Of a stretch of 64,000 bases of DNA, positions 58,900 through 64,000 are shown piece by piece. The DNA is from Dehalococcoidia bacterium. GTDB taxonomy: Bacteria; Chloroflexota; Dehalococcoidia; Bin125. The DNA lies in the NCBI GenBank assembly GCA_963662615.2, contig CAXXSR010000002.1, positions 288,001 to 352,000 of the forward strand, given 5' to 3'. Under the pieces are notes generated by a model. The model made no database searches. It had not been told where the DNA came from and worked only from the letters and a program-made list of their open reading frames with translations. Position numbers and translations under genes: made by a program. How positions within the stretch are numbered: the stretch's first letter is position 1; every line of letters starts with the position of its first letter.

Positions 58900-59976
58900 C
58901 TAGGTCAGCGCCGCCTCCACCGCGGCGAGGTCGTTGGGGACTTCCCTGCGGTCGGCCTCGATTGTGCCGGCGGTCTCAGGATCCTTGAGGCCGCAGCCGG
59001 TGATCACGCAGACGACGGATTGCCCGCTGAAGTCCCTGCCATTCTGGGCGAGGGCGAGGAGGCCGGCCACGGAAGCCGCGGAGGCGGGCTCGCAAAAGAC
59101 GCCCTCGCGCTGAGCGAGGTGCGTATAGGCGGCCAGGATGTGCTCGTCCGTGACCGCCTCAATGGCGCCGTGCGACTCATCGCGCGCGGCGATGGCGCCC
59201 TGCCACGAGGCCGGATTGCCGATGCGGATGGCGGTCGCGACGGTCTCGGGATGCGGCACCGGTTCGCCGCGGACCAGCGGCGCCGCCCCGGCCGCCTGGA
59301 AGCCGAACATTCGCGGCAGCCTGTGGGCGCGCCCGTCGCGCAGATACTCGTTATACCCCTGCCAGTACGCCGTGATGTTTCCTGCGTTTCCCACGGGGAT
59401 GCAGTGGATGTCCGGTGCGTCTCCCAACTCGTCGACGATCTCCATGGCCGCCGTCTTCTGCCCCGCGATGCGGTGGGGGTTGACGGAATTAACCAGGGCG
59501 ATGGGGTGGCGATCGGTCACCGCCCGGGCCAGCCGCAGCGCGTCGTCGAAGGAGCCATCGACGGCGAGGATGCGGGCGCCGTGGACCATGGCCTGCGCCA
59601 GCTTCCCGTGGGCGACGGAGCCGCGAGGAACCAAGACCACGACGCGCAGGCCGTGTCGGACGGCGTAGGCCGCGGCGGAGGCGCTGGTGTTGCCGGTGGA
59701 GGCGCACAACACGGTGGTGTGGCCGGCCTCCATGGCTTTGGCCACAGCCACCACCATGCCGCGGTCCTTGAATGAGCCTGTGGGATTGCACATTTCCAGC
59801 TTGAGGTAGACCGCGGCCGCCCCGGTCATGGCCTCCAGCGACGGCGCTCGCACCAGGGGGGTGTCGCCTTCGCCCAGGGTGATGCGCGGCGTCGCCTCGG
59901 TCAGCGGCAGGTAGGCCGCGTAGCGAGCCAGCACGCCGCCGCCGGGGGCATGCTGGGTGGAAGAGCGGCTAGGCAT
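58900..59976 (-). CDS. thrC: Threonine synthase
   Basis: [24 protein letters not shown]. Confidence 0.95.
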   Translation of the reverse strand: MPSRSSTQHAPGGGVLARYAAYLPLTEATPRITLGEGDTPLVRAPSLEAMTGAAAVYLKLEMCNPTGSFKDRGMVVAVAKAMEAGHTTVLCASTGNTSASAAAYAVRHGLRVVVLVPRGSVAHGKLAQAMVHGARILAVDGSFDDALRLARAVTDRHPIALVNSVNPHRIAGQKTAAMEIVDELGDAPDIHCIPVGNAGNITAYWQGYNEYLRDGRAHRLPRMFGFQAAGAAPLVRGEPVPHPETVATAIRIGNPASWQGAIAARDESHGAIEAVTDEHILAAYTHLAQREGVFCEPASAASVAGLLALAQNGRDFSGQSVVCVITGCGLKDPETAGTIEADRREVPNDLAAVEAALT

Positions 59977-60982
59977 GAGACTGCTGCCGGCCCTGCCCCT
60001 TGATCTCGCGGATTTCCTGCTCTAGATCGGCGATCTGGCGGCGGCGCATCTTCTCCTGGAAGGAGAGGAGCCGCTCATTGTCGCGGGTGATTTGGTCGCG
60101 CGCGTCGGCGAGCGCCGAGCGTAGTTCCGCCATCGCGCGGTCCTGCTGGGTGGCGCGCGTGCGCCCCCGTTCCAGGCCGCGCTCCAGTTCGGTCAGGCGG
60201 CCCTCCAGCGCTTCGCGATCGCGCTCCATGGTGCCAGCCCGCTCGCCCATCTCCGCGGTCGCCTGGCGCATCGTGTCCGCGCCTTCACGAATGGCCTCGA
60301 ACTCCGCCTCCATCTCCTCAGAGCGGCGGACGTTCTCCTCAAGACTGCGCTGCGTTTCTTGGAGGCGATCGAGCCGCTCACCGAGGTCGCCGAGGGCGCG
60401 GTCGTGCCGATCGATTTCGGCGGCGGTGTTGCGCCCGTCGGAGTGGGCTCGGCGGATGGACTCGGCGTTGGCGGCGATGCGCGACTCGATCCCGGCCATG
60501 TTGATCTCGAACTGCTCCGAGCGCTGCTGTTGGAGGGCGAGATCATCGCCGACGCGCCGGGTGACCTCTTCGGTCCCAGCCAGCTTTTCCTGCGCGCTCA
60601 GGGCGGCTTGCTCGGAGAACTCGGTGCGGCGGCGCAACTCACCGCGCTCGTCTCGCTCGGCCTGCATCTCGGCGCGCAGCTGCCGGCTGATCAGCTCCAT
60701 TTGCTCCTGATCCCGGCCGAGCATGCCCTGGAAGCGCTCCAGGCGCTCGCGCAGGGTGCGCACGTCGTCCGCCAAGCCGCTGAGGACGTTGATCTGCGCC
60801 GCCATGTTGGAGGCCCCAGCATCCGCGCGCTGCACTTGGTCGATCACGTCCCAGACCTGGGTGCGGGCCTGCTGGACCTCTTCGGCGTGATCAGCGACCT
60901 GCGCCTTGACCTGCCGCAGCTCGCCCTCCAGCCAGTCGAGCATGCTCTGGAAGGTCCCGGGTTCGTTGCGAGGGGCGGTCAC
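59969..60982 (-). CDS. Hypothetical long coiled-coil protein
   Basis: E/R/Q/L-rich heptads over ~330 aa; overlaps hom stop and thrC start. Confidence 0.75.
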   Translation of the reverse strand: MTAPRNEPGTFQSMLDWLEGELRQVKAQVADHAEEVQQARTQVWDVIDQVQRADAGASNMAAQINVLSGLADDVRTLRERLERFQGMLGRDQEQMELISRQLRAEMQAERDERGELRRRTEFSEQAALSAQEKLAGTEEVTRRVGDDLALQQQRSEQFEINMAGIESRIAANAESIRRAHSDGRNTAAEIDRHDRALGDLGERLDRLQETQRSLEENVRRSEEMEAEFEAIREGADTMRQATAEMGERAGTMERDREALEGRLTELERGLERGRTRATQQDRAMAELRSALADARDQITRDNERLLSFQEKMRRRQIADLEQEIREIKGQGRQQSHA

Positions 60983-62295
60983 GACAGCGGGGTCTCCATG
61001 CGAATACGAATGCCGACCTCAAGCACGGACTCTAGGCGCTCCGCGCCGTCAAGAAAGCAGTCCAGGTCCGCCTCACGGGCCTCATGGGTGGTGATGACGA
61101 TCTCGGCGGTGTTCGCCACTGCGTCCGCTTCGACCTGTAGCAAGGAAGCAACGCTGATCTGATTTTCCGCGAACAGCTGTCCCAATTCCGCCAGGACCCC
61201 CGCCCGATCGCGAACCAGGATACGCAGATAGTAACGCATGCGGAGATCGCCCATGGGCCGGACGCGGGGCTGCGGATCGGCCGGGGGGAGGGGTCGCGGC
61301 GGCCGGGCGGCGGAGAGTTGGTGGACGACATCAAGAAGATCGGCGATGACGGCGCTGGTGGTGGGCCGCGGGCCGGCGCCCTCGCCTTGGAAGAGGGCGC
61401 GGCCGAGCAGATCGCCTTCCACGGTGACGGCGTTGAGCACGCCGTCAACGCGCGCGAGAGGGTCGCCGGACGGCAGCAAGGTGGGGTGGACGCGGACGTC
61501 GAGGCCAGTGTCGCTGCGGCGCGCCGAAGCGACCAGACGGATCACGTAGCCCAGGTCAGCGGCGTACTTGAAGTCGCGGTCCTGCAGGGCGGTGATGCCT
61601 TCGCGGTAGATGTCATCCGGATGCACGATGGTGTGAAAGGCGAGGCTCGCCAGGATGGCGAGCTTGTAGGCGGCGTCCACGCTCTCGACGTCGTTGGTGG
61701 GGTCCGCTTCCGCGTAGCCGCGCCGCTGCGCCTCCGCCAGAGCGGCCTGGTACGACATGCGATCCCGCGCCATGGCGGTGAGGATGAAGTTCGTGGTGCC
61801 GTTAATGATCGCCTGGAGACGCTGGATCTCGTTGGCCTGCAAATCCCGTTTGAGGGGAGCGATGATGGGGATGCCGCCCCCCACGCTGGCCTCGTAGAGG
61901 AGCTGCAGGCCGCGTTCCTGGGCGAGGGCGAGCAGCGCCGGGCCGTGCTTCGCCATGACCTCCTTGTTGGCGGTGACGACATGCTTGCCGGCGTGAAGCG
62001 CGGCACGGATGGAGGCGGTCGCGGGCTCTTCGCCGCCCATCACCTCCACCACGACGGCGACATTGTCCGCTGTGGCGGCGGCGATCGGGTCGTTGCTCAG
62101 GAGGGCGCGATCAACGGCGAGGGAGCGGGGCCGATGGGGGTCCCGCACGGCGATGCGCCGGACTTCCAGGCGTCGCCCGCTGCGCCGCGCGTACGTGTCG
62201 GCGCCGGCCAGGAGCGCTTGGTGGACCCCGGCGCCGACGACGCCGAGCCCCAACAAGGCAACGCCGATCGCCGGCGCAGCGCTCCGCTCTGCCAT
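60979..62295 (-). CDS. hom: Homoserine dehydrogenase (with ACT domain)
   Basis: LGLGVVG, VVTANK, EASVGGGIP, GYAEADP, GAG. Confidence 0.95.
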   Translation of the reverse strand: MAERSAAPAIGVALLGLGVVGAGVHQALLAGADTYARRSGRRLEVRRIAVRDPHRPRSLAVDRALLSNDPIAAATADNVAVVVEVMGGEEPATASIRAALHAGKHVVTANKEVMAKHGPALLALAQERGLQLLYEASVGGGIPIIAPLKRDLQANEIQRLQAIINGTTNFILTAMARDRMSYQAALAEAQRRGYAEADPTNDVESVDAAYKLAILASLAFHTIVHPDDIYREGITALQDRDFKYAADLGYVIRLVASARRSDTGLDVRVHPTLLPSGDPLARVDGVLNAVTVEGDLLGRALFQGEGAGPRPTTSAVIADLLDVVHQLSAARPPRPLPPADPQPRVRPMGDLRMRYYLRILVRDRAGVLAELGQLFAENQISVASLLQVEADAVANTAEIVITTHEAREADLDCFLDGAERLESVLEVGIRIRMETPLS

Positions 62296-62298
62296 TGG

Positions 62299-63348
62299 CT
62301 AGGGAGGGCTCTCCTTGGGCTCCACGTCCGCCGCACCGTCCGGCTCGACCGCCGCTTCCGCAGTGGACGCGGTCGCAGCTTCGGGGCCGGAGGCGTCGTC
62401 GCCGTTGGAGGCTGCAACTGCCTCGTCTGGCACATCACCGGCGTCGCCTTGGTCCTCGACTCCCGGATCGGCTGGGGCCATCGCCGGCGTCTCGGCGACC
62501 GGCGCCTCCTCTCGGATTTCGGCGCCGTTGATGGGCGCTTCAGGGGAGAGAGCGGCTTCGGCTTCGGGGGCGGCTTCGGCTTCGGGGGCGGCTTCGGGAG
62601 CGCGATCGGGCCCTTCCGCAAGCGGCGTGGAGGCGGCCGCCACGTCCGCCGGCTCCGGCGCTTGCGCCGGCGTGGGCACCGCGGTCACTTTATCCTCCTG
62701 AGGGGCAGGAGCCGGCGCAGCGGGAGGCGGCGCTTCCCGTGCACGAGCGGCCGCCCGCGCGGCCTGACGGTATTCGCTCGTGGCGCGCATGTGCGCAGCC
62801 GTATGAGGGAGCAGCGCGACATGCCGCGCCCGTTTGATCTCGCGGGCGAGCTTGCGCTGGTCCTTCGCCAACAGGCCGGTCTTGCGACGGGGCTCCATCT
62901 TGCCACGGTCCGAAAGTAGGCGACGCAGCCTATCCACATCCTTGTAGTCGATCCGCTCGACCTCCTGCGGAGTGAAGAGCGGCGGGCGACGGCCGCCGCG
63001 GCGACGGCCGCGCGGCCGCCCGCGGGCGCCGGCCGCCGCGGCGCCTCTGTCGCGCTCGGGAGCTGCGGGGGCCGTGCGTCCTTCGGCCACCGGCGCTGGC
63101 GCAGTCTCGGGAGCTGCGGGGGCCGTGCGTCCTTCGTCCACCGGCGCTGGCGCAGTCTCGGGAGCTGCGGGGACCGCGCGTTCTTCGGCCACTGGCGCTG
63201 GCGCAGTCTCGGGAGCTGCGGGGACCGCGCGTTCTTCGGCCACCGGCGCTGGTGGCGTCTCGGGAGCTGCGGGGGCAGGCTCCTCGCCGGCCGGCGGCGG
63301 CTCTGGAGGCGGTGAAGGGATCTGCGCTGCGTCGGCGTCGGCGGTCAT
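62299..63348 (-). CDS. rpsR: 30S ribosomal protein S18 (Cys-less) within long low-complexity extensions
   Basis: IDYKD..L..., GK..PRR.TG, QR.LA..IKRAR..ALLP; follows rpsF-ssb. Confidence 0.9.
   Translation of the reverse strand: MTADADAAQIPSPPPEPPPAGEEPAPAAPETPPAPVAEERAVPAAPETAPAPVAEERAVPAAPETAPAPVDEGRTAPAAPETAPAPVAEGRTAPAAPERDRGAAAAGARGRPRGRRRGGRRPPLFTPQEVERIDYKDVDRLRRLLSDRGKMEPRRKTGLLAKDQRKLAREIKRARHVALLPHTAAHMRATSEYRQAARAAARAREAPPPAAPAPAPQEDKVTAVPTPAQAPEPADVAAASTPLAEGPDRAPEAAPEAEAAPEAEAALSPEAPINGAEIREEAPVAETPAMAPADPGVEDQGDAGDVPDEAVAASNGDDASGPEAATASTAEAAVEPDGAADVEPKESPP
63056..63275. repeat. 51-bp tandem repeat x4+ ([17 protein letters not shown]-like) in rpsR N-terminal extension
   Basis: TCGGGAGCTGCGGGG recurs every 51 bp. 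Confidence 0.95.
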
Positions 63349-63400
63349 GTGGCGACTTTCTCCGGTGGCATCGGACGGCTCCTGGGCTTTTCTTGCGCCG

Positions 63401-63814
63401 CTATTCGAAGGGCAGATCGTCGGGATCGACGTCGCCACCTTCAGCCCGCGCGGCCGTGGGCTGCTCTTCGAAGGGGACGCTCTCGGCGCGATCGAGGAAC
63501 TGCACGTCTTGGGCAACGACTTCGGTGGTGTAGCGGCGTTGCCCTTCTTTATCATCCCACTGCCGTGTCTGCAAACGCCCCTCCACATAGACCTGCCGGC
63601 CCTTCGTCAGGTACTGGCTGACAAGCTCCGCCAGGCGCGCCCATGCAACCACGCGAACCCACTCCGTCTCTTCGTGGCGCTCACCGTCTTGGGTGGTATA
63701 GCGCCGGTTGACCGCTACGTTGAAGGTGCTCACCGCACGGCCGTTCGCCGTGAATCGCATCTCTGGGTCTTGCCCCAGGTTGCCGATGATCTGGACTTTG
63801 TTGAGGCTGGCCAT
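63401..63814 (-). CDS. ssb: Single-stranded DNA-binding protein
   Basis: LNKV..IGNLG.DPE, KG..VYVEGRL, DDLPF tail. Confidence 0.97.
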   Translation of the reverse strand: MASLNKVQIIGNLGQDPEMRFTANGRAVSTFNVAVNRRYTTQDGERHEETEWVRVVAWARLAELVSQYLTKGRQVYVEGRLQTRQWDDKEGQRRYTTEVVAQDVQFLDRAESVPFEEQPTAARAEGGDVDPDDLPFE

Positions 63815-63826
63815 GCTGGCCTCCGT

Positions 63827-64000
63827 CTAGGCGTCGCGACGCACGATCAGATGGCGAAGCACGGACTCATCAATGTTCAGAGCCCGCTCCACTTCGTGAT
63901 TGCCTTCGCCAATGGCCGAGGTAAAGTGCGTGATGACGTAATGCCCCTCAAACTGCTGCTTGATGGGATACGCGAGGCGGCGGCGGCCCCAATCCGTGAC
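63827..64000 (-). CDS. rpsF: 30S ribosomal protein S6, 5'-partial
   Basis: Reading from the window end: WGRRRLAYPIK..EGHY...VLRHLIVR. Confidence 0.95.
   Translation of the reverse strand, partial: VTDWGRRRLAYPIKQQFEGHYVITHFTSAIGEGNHEVERALNIDESVLRHLIVRRDA

Overview
High-GC bacterial chromosome segment. The gene content resembles Chloroflexota, class Dehalococcoidia (inferred from protein styles, not from a search). It has three zones. (1) 1-21.6 kb is an accessory or decayed-island region ending at the 3' end of a tRNA-Sec gene (21606-21703, minus strand). It holds catabolic enzymes (amidohydrolase, XDH/CoxL-family Mo subunit, enolase-superfamily enzyme, two NHL propellers, MBL lactonase, amidase, DinB), ispH, msrB and pncC-like genes. 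It also holds pseudogenes: an LLM monooxygenase, a CoxE-VWA protein, a Ser/Thr kinase with two Tyr->TAG stops, and an integrase N-terminus. An 84-bp direct repeat of the osmC 3' end and an unnamed GTCGGA-N8-TCCGAC palindromic repeat family (most intergenic gaps from 12.9 to 18.8 kb) also lie here. (2) 21.9-31 kb holds trxA and a csoR-like gene with an operator between them, plsX, a lipoprotein, apt, and a SAM-I-like riboswitch leading mtnP-GNAT-ahcY-metK. (3) 31-64 kb is the minus-strand str-S10-spc-alpha ribosomal supercluster. It lacks rpsN and rpmJ, SecY carries a ~140-aa extracytoplasmic insertion, and several r-proteins have long acidic tails. Upstream of it are ccsA, mshA/mshB-like genes, folE, thrC, hom and rpsF-ssb-rpsR.
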